Source of the DNA: Centroscyllium fabricii
Lineage: Eukaryota
DNA: 64,000 nucleotides
Direction of reading: 5' to 3'
NCBI GenBank assembly: GCA_051313645.2
Contig: JBNRSN020000002.1
Span: forward strand, 209,374,001 to 209,438,000
Below are positions 50,380 to 61,203 of this stretch, piece after piece. Under the pieces are notes generated by a model. That model saw only the letters and a list, made by a program, of their open reading frames with translations. It searched no databases and had not been told where the DNA came from. A program made the translations under genes and the position numbers. Position 1 is the first letter of the stretch; every line of letters starts with the position of its first letter.

Positions 50380-51492
50380 TGGGTCGGGATTGTTCGGGGT
50401 GGATGGGAATATGCTGCCTGCTGCTGCGTCCACCCTACCCTGCCCTGCCGGAAAGATTGCGTGGAGAGCAGCCACGAATATCACAAATCGATCAGTACTG
50501 CTTCCTGCCACAGCTGCGGCTTTCTGCAATGGCGCTGGAGAATCCCCTTTCCCGCTCCTTTTGTCAGAGACTGGGCAGTCCTTCCTCCAGTGCTCTTTTC
50601 TCCTGCACCTATAACAACCCTGCTTCTTCTCTGAGCTACCTGCTTCCTGGTGCCAATCTCTACTAACGTTGCCTCTGCTAGGCTTTAACTCATATACTCT
50701 GCCCTTTGATTTGTCATCCTGACCCCTACCAGTCTTAAAAGAGAGAGTTAACTGCCTGATCACACTCTCTTCTGTGGTCTGGGGATCCCTGGAATCGAAC
50801 CACCCCTCTGCTTTGGCCTTGATCCTGGGCAGGCTGTTCGCTGCCAGGGTCCTCAGCCAATGAGCCCTAGGCTGTCCCTACAGCTGTGCTCGGTCAGGCA
50901 CCCCTGCACAGGCACTCTGGTAGACGCACCAAAGCCTGTCCAAGAAAGCCTGCGGTGCCTCCCCAGCTGACTGCAGTGTCCTTTCCACCCGGGAGAAGGG
51001 ACTTCCATCATTGAGGCCCATACCCTTTAGGATGTCATCCTTTATGCCCTCTAACGTACCCTGCCCCCTCTTGCTACCCACTGAGAGTGACTGGTGGAAC
51101 CTACTATCCAGGGAAAACTAAAGTAATTTGGTTGTCTCAGCTTCATTACAATTATTGATCTGCCCCCACCTGCTCCACATCTGTAAAATGGACAAATGGG
51201 TCCCCTGTGCTGGTTAGTTTGGTCAGATTAAAGACCATTGCCTGCAGCTAGGGTGTTGTATATGGGATCACAAAGTCACTCCGCAGTGCTCCTTGCTCTT
51301 GACCGTCTACGGCGCACCATATTTCCGCTGCCGGACAGGGCACATGGGTCCTGGTCCTGGCACTTCGGGCGGTGATTGAACGTCCTCCTCTGCCTTACAG
51401 TCCTCCTTATCTACCTCCTACTCTTTCTCATCTACCCGGGTCACTCCCTGAGCTATCAAGCAGACCATCCCTTTGGCCTTAGATAGAGCATC

Positions 51493-52507
51493 TGTCACAG
51501 GGGGCCTGTTCCTTTAAATATTAGAAACAGTTTTTACTGTGGTTCCACAGCTGTTTTAGGGAATAGGTTCCCTTGTTATGTAATTAACTGTCAATTTATC
51601 TGTGTATTTGCTAGTTGTGCTCTGCTCTCATTGCCTCGAGATTATTGGCTATATCTTAATGGTGTACTTGCTGGGTTTAGGATATAATCAGGAGGTTGGC
51701 TTGAGAGCAGAGGCGGGATCATTGGATGGTAATGCATCATGGGACTGGATATCTATTTTCATTCTACAGGCCACTGGAAGGAGGTGGTTTTCTGCTGTTG
51801 TGCTGAGTGGCCGTCAGAGGCAAGGAGGTTGGAGATCGACTGACTCAGCTTGTACTTGCACTCTGCTATTTCAGGTGCTCAGGCTGGGTTGCCCAACAGG
51901 GGCATTGGGGTGGAACTCATTTCCCTCCGCCTTGACAGTGCGCCCTGCTATTGGGAACTCAGCAATGGACAACTCATCTGTTGGGTAAGGGAGTCCCCCT
52001 GCCAGTAGACCTGGTGCGCTACTGCCTGATGCCATGGGGTTAAGTCTCTGTGACGGAGCAGAAGAAGTAGGTCGGACCCATTTCTACTACTTGGACATTC
52101 ATTTCTTCATCCGAACCCTGGTTTGGACATTGGTGATCTGGAAGCATAAGCTGTTCCCAAATCCTCTACGTAGAGGGTGGATTGAGATGTCATGCTCGCT
52201 GAGGAGGACTTGCTCGGTTCTCTTTAAGTTGGACAGTTATGCCTGGACTAGTATTCTTTGGGAGAATGGCGCGCTGGATTGCGTGGCACCCCTCTATTCA
52301 TTACTCGCTATGTTGGGAAGTCTGTGCCAGTCTGTTGATAAGACTTGTGTTAAATATGTGTCTTATATAATTGTATTTGTGTCTTAGATAATTGTAGGTT
52401 TATGGTATAATATGATGTTTTAGTAATAAAGGAGTTTAGTTTTATAGACGTTTCAGTGTCTCTGCATTTGGGCCCCGCCTTCATTCCACTAACACCCAAC
52501 CGTTACA
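51493..52507 (+). mobile_element. Solo LTR inserted in the gag of the retrovirus-like element
   Basis: TGTCAC...GTTACA; TSD GCATC; AATAAA at ~52425. Confidence 0.88.
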
Positions 52508-53157
52508 GCATCGGTCAAATTCCAGGTCTGTTCCTGGCAAGGACCATGATTACCCATATCAAATCCTCCAGTGCTGGCGACTCTGTATGCCACCTGAATA
52601 TCCTTCAACTGCTCTCACAGCAACTTTACCTCACTCGACAAGCGAGCGTTCTCCTCCCTAACCACCCTCTTGTTCCCCATTGCCTCAGTTACCTGGCACT
52701 GCTAGAACTCCTTATGGTTAAGGAAGGTTTCCTCCTGGCGTATTTTTCCCTTCTTCTCATCCCTTAGCTCTGTGCATAACCTGCTCCCTACTGCAACCCT
52801 TGCATCTGACTGTACCTCAGACTCCCTGAGCTCTGCCTTTAACTTAGCCACCTGCTTATCTAGCAGTTGCACTTGTCTTTGTAGACAGATGAGCCATATC
52901 ACCTTTTCAGTGCTGCGCCTATGCTCCTTGCCCTCCATCCATTTTGACGCTGCATCCACCAGACGCTCAGCACGCAACAAGCCTGGCACCCACTTCTTAG
53001 TGACGTTAACCTTCTTAAACACATATGAAGAAATCCTTTCCTCCATTTGGGATCTTTCGCCAGAAGTGCTGTCCATGACTGATTTATAGTCCTTTAAGCC
53101 AGGTTCTGCCGCCGGTCGCCAAGAAATGTAAATGGTTTTCACACTCCTTTAACCTGG

Positions 53158-53175
53158 GTCCTGCCGTGGTCGCCA
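53158..53175 (-). promoter_or_regulatory. Primer-binding site, tRNA-Arg type
   Basis: TGGCGACCACGGCAGGAC; from recall, about 17/18 complementary to the vertebrate tRNA-Arg(UCG) 3' end GTCCTGCCGCGGTCG-CCA. Confidence 0.75.
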
Positions 53176-53717
53176 ATAGACATAAGTGGTTTTTGATCCT
53201 AGTCCAATTGCTAGACAGATGGTTCGAATTGCCCCCGCCTTATGAAAGTTCTATACCCAGGGATTATTATTCACAGTGTAAAGGAAAAAACTCATGGACA
53301 GGAATGCTTATGTGAAAAATCAAACTTGTATTTATTTGGTCTAACATACACTAGCTAAAACATGCACTACTAAATGAAATCACTATCCCTGTGGAGAATA
53401 GAATCCAGATTACAATCAACATACATACAATACAAACCTGGGGACTATAACAAGCAGTAATTCCCTATGGTGGACTCTAATTCCACCCCTATCCACGAAT
53501 TACCCAGTTGCATAAACCCCTTCGCCTGGCTGCACCAAATGAAGCTCCCACCCTTGGAATAGCCCAAAAGTTTGACTTCTGAGAGACTATGCTTACCCCC
53601 ACACACAGTTGGTTTTGATCGCTCTGCTCATCGGCTTCTCTGGTACTTCTTGTCAGTTCGATCATGTAGGAGCTGGGAGCGAGAGAGAAAATGGTGGAAA
53701 AGAATCTATCTGTATAG

Positions 53718-53928
53718 TACAATAGCAAAATACTGCAGATGCTGGAAATCCGAAATAACAACAGAAAATGCTGGAAAAGCTCAGCAGGCCAGGCAGCATC
53801 GGTGGAGAGAAATATACAGTCGACGTTTCGGGTTCAGAAAGGGTCCGAACCTGAAACACAACTCTATATTTCTCTCCACCGATGCTGCCTGGCCTGCTGA
53901 GCTTTTCCAGCATTTTCTGTTGTTATTT
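53718..53928. mobile_element. Fold-back Penelope-like terminal insertion
   Basis: ~85-bp inverted arms homologous to the PLE 3' ends at 56780-56899 and 61185-61304; flanked by ctatct(g/t)tatag. Confidence 0.8.
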
Positions 53929-55284
53929 CTATCTTTATAGTGGTCTGCCTGCCCCTATCTTTTCAATTTCAATTTTAAAAACTTTATTGGCATGACAGGA
54001 TACATCCCTATGTTGCCAAAGTATAAAACATAACATACATAGTTAAAATGCATAGATACAGATACAGATACAGGTATACAATGTATGGGCAGATATGCCC
54101 CTGTACGTATATATATATATATATACACACAATACATCTGTAACCTTTTATCGGTTGCTACACGTTCTTGCAGTTACAATCTTTTCCTGGTTATCTTTTC
54201 CTGCCAATCTTTAAAATCCATTTCTTTCTGAGCACTCTGGTGCTTAATCAGTGATGGGTCATCATCGGACCCATGTGTATTTCGTGATTGGATTAATGGC
54301 CCTAAGTCTGAGACATAACTTCGGTCTTTGTGTTGGGAAAAAAAAGCCTGGCTCCCTTATGGCTGGCTGAGGCCAGTGGGTTCATTGTTCTGCTTCTCTT
54401 CTGAGATGGAGGTGAGAAGTGCTTTTGCATATTACAGTGGCCTTTTAATCAAGTTCAATGGCCCCCTTCCTTTTTCCAGGACTGTCGGGCGAACCCATAC
54501 ATTCTGGATGATGGACAGTTCTTTAGTCACAGCCAACTGCCATGCTTTCTCTGGAGTTTTTAACAAACCAGTCTTTCATGTATCTGCACAGGGCGATCCC
54601 ATAACAGGCAAAATACCTTCAGAAAAATCCCATAAAGTCCACAAAAATATTCTTGACTGAGTCCATTCTTCAGCGACTTTGCGATCTCTTCAAGACTGAT
54701 GCCACTTCTTCAACTATATCTAGCATGAGTCACCACACTCTGGGAAGAGAACATTTTAAAATGTGGTGGGTAACTATTATTTTTAACTTGATTTAATAGG
54801 GTAGTGGATTATATAAAGCAATTTAGTGGTTTCGATGACAAGCATAAACACTCCTATGGTTTATATCATCTGAAGCCAATTCTGCTACTGCCTTGTAATT
54901 CTGCATGTAGCTATCTACTGTTCCAGATCTATCTGTCAATACAATAAGAATTCTTGTGTCTGGTGTCCACAGTTCCCACTTCTGAAATGTCACTTTTTTC
55001 ATGTGTATGGAGTGATGAAGTGCCACTTTTGCACATTCTTGCTGGTTGTCTGGTTTCATAAAACCAACCAAAATAAATTTCAGAGATTTCTTTTTCAAAT
55101 TCTTTCTTAAACAATTTACTGTAAAAATAGCTCATTAAAACCTTTACATGGATTAATTCAGAAAACCAAACAAGCATATGAAATAAGAAACCAACAAATC
55201 ATGTTGGAAAAAAGTAACACATTTTCAGATACCATGACAGTTCCCATTCCTAACTGTGTTAATCTTCCACCCCGGGCATTTTTT

Positions 55285-55524
55285 TGAATTCTCAGCCTGA
55301 AGGTTACTCCAAGATTACAAATCATCCTGACTTGGAAATATATCATCGTTCCTTCATCGTCGCTGGGTCAAAATACTGGAACTCCCTCTCTAACAGCACT
55401 GTGACCTCACGGAATGCAACGAATCAAGAAGGCGGCTCACCACCACCTTCTCAAGGATAATTAGGGATGGGCAATAAATGTTGGCCTTGCCAGTGATGCC
55501 CACCTCCCAGGAATGAATAAAAAA
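55285..55524 (+). mobile_element. CR1-clade 3' tail (same family as 2546-4060)
   Basis: tcctgacttggaaatatatc...gggcaataaatg...gaatgaataaaaaa. Confidence 0.75.
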
Positions 55525-56075
55525 TGAACCTTCTTTCTCCTGTCATTGCAGACCTTTCCGCTTTGCCTTGGCCTGCTCCTGTGAGGGGTCTCAGCAATGT
55601 TTGTGACTTCTTTATAAGGCATCTTCCCCTCACCTCCCCTTTCATCATTCTGTAGGGACCACTCCCTCCGAGACACCCTAGTCCACTCCTCTACCACCCC
55701 CAGCACCCCTTTCCCTTCATCCGGCACCTTCCCGTGCAAGCGCAGGAGATGCAACACCTGCCCTTATACCTCCCCCCTTCCGACTGTCCAGGGCCCCAAA
55801 CACCCCTTCCAGGTGAAACAGCGATTTACGTGTACTTCCTGCAATTTAGTATACTGTACTCGCTGCTCACGGCGTGGTCTCCTCTACATTGGGGAGACCA
55901 AACGCAGATTGGGTGACCGCTTTGTGGAACACCTCCATTCAGTCTGTACGGGGGAGTCCAGTCTACCGGTGGCCTGCCACTTTAATTCACCGCCCCATTC
56001 CCACTCTGACCTCACCGTCCTTGGCCTATTGCACTGTTCCAATGAAGCTCAATGTAAGCTCGAGGAACAGCACCT

Positions 56076-56406
56076 CATAGAATCATAGAATTATAGAATC
56101 ATAGACTCCTTACAGTGTAGATAGAGGCCATTTCAGCCCATCGAGCCTGCACCGACACATATCCCACCCTTTTCCCGTAACCCCACATATTTAATCCCCC
56201 TAACACTAAGGGTTAATTTATCCTGGCCAATCAACCTAACCCGCACATCTTTGGACTGTGGGAGGAAACCGGAGCACCCGGAGGAAACCCACGCAGACAT
56301 GGGGAGAATGTGCAAACTCCACACAGATAGTACCCGAGGCCGAATTTGAACCAGGGCCCCTGGCGCTGTGAGGCAACAGTGCTAACCACTATGTCACATG
56401 CTGCCC
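56076..56406 (-). mobile_element. tRNA-derived V-domain SINE (HE1-like)
   Basis: Same head and core as 29551; (ctatgatt)n tail. Confidence 0.88.
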
Positions 56407-56761
56407 TCTTTCGATTAGGCACTTTACAGCCCTCTGGACTCAACTTAGAGTTCAATAATTTCAGATCATAACCTCGGCCCCTATCACATACATATATGTT
56501 CCCTTTCTTTTTAATCCACACTTTCGTCTGGGCTTTTTTTTTCCTTCCCACATGGCAGCTGTCCTTCATTCTGCCAGGGCCATTCACACTTCATCCAGAG
56601 CCATCCTTTGTTCCTTGAATATCTCTTAATGTCTCTCAATGTCTCTTAATCTCTCCTGCTTTCTATCCTATCTCTGACCTTCCCTTCTGTTCTTTCATCC
56701 CCTCCCCCTTTTCCTAGCCCCCACTTGCTTTAAAATCTATCCCTTTTCTTGCTTTTCTTCC

Positions 56762-56798
56762 AGTACTGATGAAGGGTCTTTGACCTGAAACGTTAACT
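56762..56798 (+). ncRNA. Minimal type I hammerhead ribozyme motif (PLE-associated)
   Basis: agta-CTGATGA-A-GGGTC-ttt-GACCT-GAAAC-GTT-aact; palindromic AACGTT helix III. Confidence 0.65.
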
Positions 56799-57390
56799 CC
56801 ATTTCTCTCTCCACGGATGCTGCCCTGACCTGCTGAGTTTTTCCAGTGTTTTCTGTTGTTGTTTTGGATTTCCAGTCTCCGCAGTATTTTGCTATCGTAT
56901 TTGTGACTTGGAAGTGGCACAATGCTGAGCTCTTTTGCCTCCGCCTTCGTCCCCGTGCCCACTTCTTTGGCCAGTAGTCTTCCCCCCGCATAGCTGACCG
57001 TTTCTCCCGCTTTCTGAATTCCTATTCTACCTGGACCCCTCCCTCTGGCCTCTTACCCTCTCTAGATCTTTTCATTGCAAACTGCCACCATGCCATCGGC
57101 TGTCTTCATTTCTCTGCTCCCCTCACTCACTCTACCCTACCTCTCTCTGAACATGCAGCACTCCATTCTCTCAGATCCAACCCTGACATTGTCACTAAAT
57201 CTGCTGACAAAGGGTGGTGCTGTTGTTGTTTGGAGAACTGACCTCTACCTAGCGGAAGCTGAATGCCAGCTCTCAGACACCTCCTCCTACCTCCACCTGG
57301 ACCATGACCCTACTACTGAACATCAAGCCACCGTTTCCAAGACTGTCACTGACTTCATCTCCTCTGGAGATCTTTCCCCCCCATGGCCGC

Positions 57391-57655
57391 TGATACCGTA
57401 TCAATGACCTCGGAGACGAGAAGTTACGAGGTGAATAAAGGCTTTTATTCGCTAAAGGTTGGGCATGTACCAGCTCGTCGACTGCTCCCAGAATGAATGG
57501 GGGGAGGGAGACAGTCACCTTTATACCTGTCCTGGGAGGAGGAGTCACAGGCGGGGTTAGCATGGGCATGCCCAGACAGACAGTACACACAGAACTATAT
57601 ACAGTATTACAGGCCGTAGATATATACACATATATACACAAAGTGGTTTACCATA
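57391..57655 (-). mobile_element. Solo LTR nested in the PLE RT
   Basis: TG...ttaccaTA; TSD GCCGC; layout like 44647-44945 and 31841-32078. Confidence 0.85.
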
Positions 57656-58651
57656 GCCGCCAACCTCATAGTTCCGCAACCCCGCACAGCCCGCTTCTAC
57701 CTCCTTCCCAAGATCCACAAATAGGACTGCCCTGGTAGACCCATCATTTCAGCCTGTTCTTGCCCCACAGAACTTATCTCTTTCTATCTCGACTCTATGT
57801 TTTATCCCCTTGTCCAGTCTCTCACCACCTACATCCACGATTCTCCCGATGCCCTCCGCCACTTTAACATTTTCCAGTTTCCCGGCCCCAACCTCCTCCT
57901 TTTCACCACGGACGTACAATCCCTCTACACCTCCATCCCCCACCAGGATGGCCTGAGGGCGCTGCACTTCATCCTTGAACAGAGGCCCAACCAGTCCCCA
58001 TCCTCCACCACCCTCCTCCGCCTAGCTGAACTTGTTCTCACATTGAACAACTTCTCCTTTGACTCCACTGATTTTCTCCAAATCAAAGGTGTTGCTATGG
58101 GTACCCGCATGGGTCCTAGCGATGTCTGCCTTTTCGTGGAATATGTGGAACACTCTTTGTTCCAGTTCTACTCGGGTACCCTCCCTCACCTCTTTTTCCA
58201 GTACATTGATGACTGCATCGGTGCCGCATCCTGCTCTCGCCCTGAACTAGAAAATGTCATTCACTTTGCTTCCACTCTTCCCTCACATAGTCCATCTCCG
58301 ACTCTTGCCTTACCTTCCTCGACTTCTCTGTCTCCATCTCTGGGGATAGGTTACTGACAAACAGTCATTACAAGCCCACTGCCTCCCACAGCTACCTGGA
58401 CTACACTTCCTGCCACCCCGCCTCCTGTAAGGGCTCTATTCCATTCTCCCAGTTTCTCTGTCTCCATCGCATCTGCTCTGACGATGCCACCTTCCATACC
58501 AGTGCTTCCGACATGTCTTCCTTTTTCCTCAACCGAGGATTCCCCTCTACTGTGGTTGACACGACCCTCGACCGTATCCGTTCTATCTCCCGCACTTCTG
58601 CTCTCACCCCTGCCCTCCCTCCCAGAACCATGATAGATTTCTCCTCATCCT

Positions 58652-60260
58652 TGTTCTTGGGAAGCTTAAAGGTAGACAAATCACCAGGGCCGGACGCGAT
58701 GTTCCCCAGGCTGCTGTTCGAGGCCAGGGAAGAGCTTGCGGGCCCCCTGTCTCAAATTTTCAGGTCCTCTCTCGCGTCAGGGGATGTACCTGAGGACTGG
58801 AGAACGGCTAATGTAGTACCCCTGTTTAAAAAGGGTAGTAGGGACAAACCGGGTAACTATAGGCCAATCAGTCTTACATCTGTAGTGGGGAAAGTAATGG
58901 AAAAAATTCTGAGGGACAAAATCAGTTTGCATTTGGAAAAGCAGGGTTTGATAAGGGATAGTCAGCATGGCTTCGTCAAAGGTAAGTCGTGCCTAACTAA
59001 TCTGTTGGAATTCTTTGAAGAGGTAACAAAGAGGGTGGATGAAGGGAGTACTGTTGACGTGGTGTATATGGACTTTAGCAAGGCTTTTGATAAAGTCCCA
59101 CATAGGAGACTAATAACAAAGGTTAAAGCACATGGGATACAGGGCAACTTGGCACAGTGGATTCAAAATTGGCTGGGGGATAGGAGACAAAGGGTAATGG
59201 TAGCGGGCTGCTTCTGTGACTGGAAACCAGTAACCAGTGGTGTCCCCCAAGGATCGGTTTTGGGACCCTTACTGTTTCTAGTATACATCAATGATTTGGA
59301 CATGGGAGTAGGGGGTACGATCAGCAAATTTGCTGATGATACGAAAATTGGAAGGGTGGTAAATAACGATGAAGATAGTAAAAGGCTTCAGGAAGATATA
59401 AATGTAATGGTTAGTTGGGCAGAAAAATGGCAAATGGAGTTCAACCCAGAGAAATGCGAGGTCATACAATTCGGCAGACCAAATGGGGTAAGGGAATATA
59501 CCATGAACAAAAAAACGTTAGGTAGGACCGAGGAACAGAGGGACCTTGGGGTACAGGTGCACAGCTCCCTGAAGGTTGCTGGACACGTAAACAAGGTGGT
59601 TAAGAAGGCATACGGAATTCTGGCCTTTATTAACCAGGGCATAGTATACAAAAGTAGGGAGGTAATGTTAAACTTGTATAACACGCTGGTGAGACCTCAG
59701 CTAGAGTACTGTGTGCAATTCTGGTCACCGCGCTTCAGGAAGGATGTGGTTGCCCTGGAGAGGGTGCAGAGAAGGTTTACCAGGATGATACCTGGTCTGG
59801 GGGACTTATGCTACGAGGAAAGGCTGGACAGGCTGGGGTTGTTTGCCTTGGAGAAGAGAAGATTGAGGGGTGACATGATTGAGGTGTACAGGATCATGAG
59901 AGGACACGATAGGGTGGATAAAGGGGCATTGTTTCCCTTGGTGGGAGAGTCAAATACTAGGGGACATAGATTCAAGATTAGGGGGGGGAGGTTTAGGGGG
60001 GAGGTAAGGAAACATTTCTTTACTCAGAGGGTGGTGGAAGTGTGGAACTCCCTGCCTGTAAGGGTGGTGGAGGCAGAAACCATCGCAACATTTAAAAAAT
60101 ATTTGGACCAGCACATGAAGGACCGTAACATACAGGGTTATGGGCCAGGTGCGGGCAAATGGGGTTAGTATAGTGAGGAGTTTCCTGGGCCGGTTCGGAC
60201 TGGATGGGCCGAATGGCCTTTATCCGCACTGTAAAGTTTCTATGATTCTATGATTCTATG
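58652..60260 (+). mobile_element. Young 5'-truncated CR1 with an uninterrupted RT frame (to 60168)
   Basis: About 505 codons without a stop: [34 protein letters not shown]; TSD ATCCT; (ctatgatt)n tail. Confidence 0.95.
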
Positions 60261-61166
60261 ATCCTCACCTTTCACCCCACCAGCCTCCACATTCAACGGA
60301 TCATCCTCTGCCATTTCCGACACCTCCAGCGTGATCCCACCACCAAACGCATCTTCCCCTCACCTCCCCTTTCAGCATTCTGTAGGGACCACTCCCTCTG
60401 CGACACCCTAGTCCACTCCTCTACCACCCCCAGCACCCCTTCCCCCAGCACCATCTCATGCAAGCACAGGAGATGCAACACATGCCCTTATACCTCCCCG
60501 TTTCGCATTGTCCAGGTACCCAAACGCCCCTTCCAGGTGAAACAGCGATTTACTTGTACTTCCTGCAATTTAATATACTGTATTCGCTGCTCATGATGTG
60601 GTCTCCTCTACATTGGGGAGACGAAATGCAGATTGGGTGACCGCTTTGCGGAACGCCTCCGTTCAGCCCATAAGGGGAACCCCGAGCTCCCGGTCACCTG
60701 TCACTTTAATTCACCGCCCAATTCCCACTCAGAACTCACTGTCCTCGGCCTCTTGCATTGTTCCACGGAAGCTCACCGTAAACTCGAGGAACAGCACCTC
60801 ATCTTTCGATTAGGCACTCTACAGCGCTCTGGACTCAACATAGAGTTCAACAATTTCAGATTATAACCTCGGCCCCTATCACACACACATATATATATAT
60901 ATATTCCTTTTCATTTTATTCTTTTTTTAGTCCACACTTTCATCTGGGTTTTTTCTTCCCTCCCACATGGCAGCTGTCTTTCATTCTGCCAGGGCCATTC
61001 ACACTTCATCCTTTGTTCCTTGAATATCTCTTAATGTCTCTCAACATCTCTTAATCTCTCCTGCTTTCTATCCTATCTCTGACCTTCCCTTTTGTTCTTT
61101 CATCCCCTCCCCCTTTTCCCAGCCCCCACTTGCTTTAAAATCTATCCCTTTTCTAGCTTTTCTTCC

Positions 61167-61203
61167 AGTTCTGATGAAGGGTCTTCGACCTGAAACATTA
61201 ACT
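61167..61203 (+). ncRNA. Minimal type I hammerhead ribozyme motif (second PLE copy)
   Basis: AGTT-CTGATGA-A-GGGTC-ttc-GACCT-GAAAC-ATT-AACT. Confidence 0.6.

Larger units (their letters stand above)
46557..54162 (-). mobile_element. Decayed retrovirus-like element (lokiretrovirus/spuma/class III-like) with gag-PR-RT-tether-RNase H-IN; 3' end lost; 5' LTR from 53177, outer limit uncertain
   Basis: Gag coiled coil 52702-53142, MHR-like QSAGEAPQAFLDRL, CYRCRRKEHWRKDC; LLDTGAS; NSPIWPVRKPD; tether 48541-48981; RNase H YVDGS..SDS..HKVKAH..GNQQADVLAK; IN GPWQSIQVDY, GPY. Confidence 0.85.

Noticed and set aside
54823-55098. Possible host exon (91-aa ORF)
   Set aside because: No recognisable homology or convincing splice boundaries
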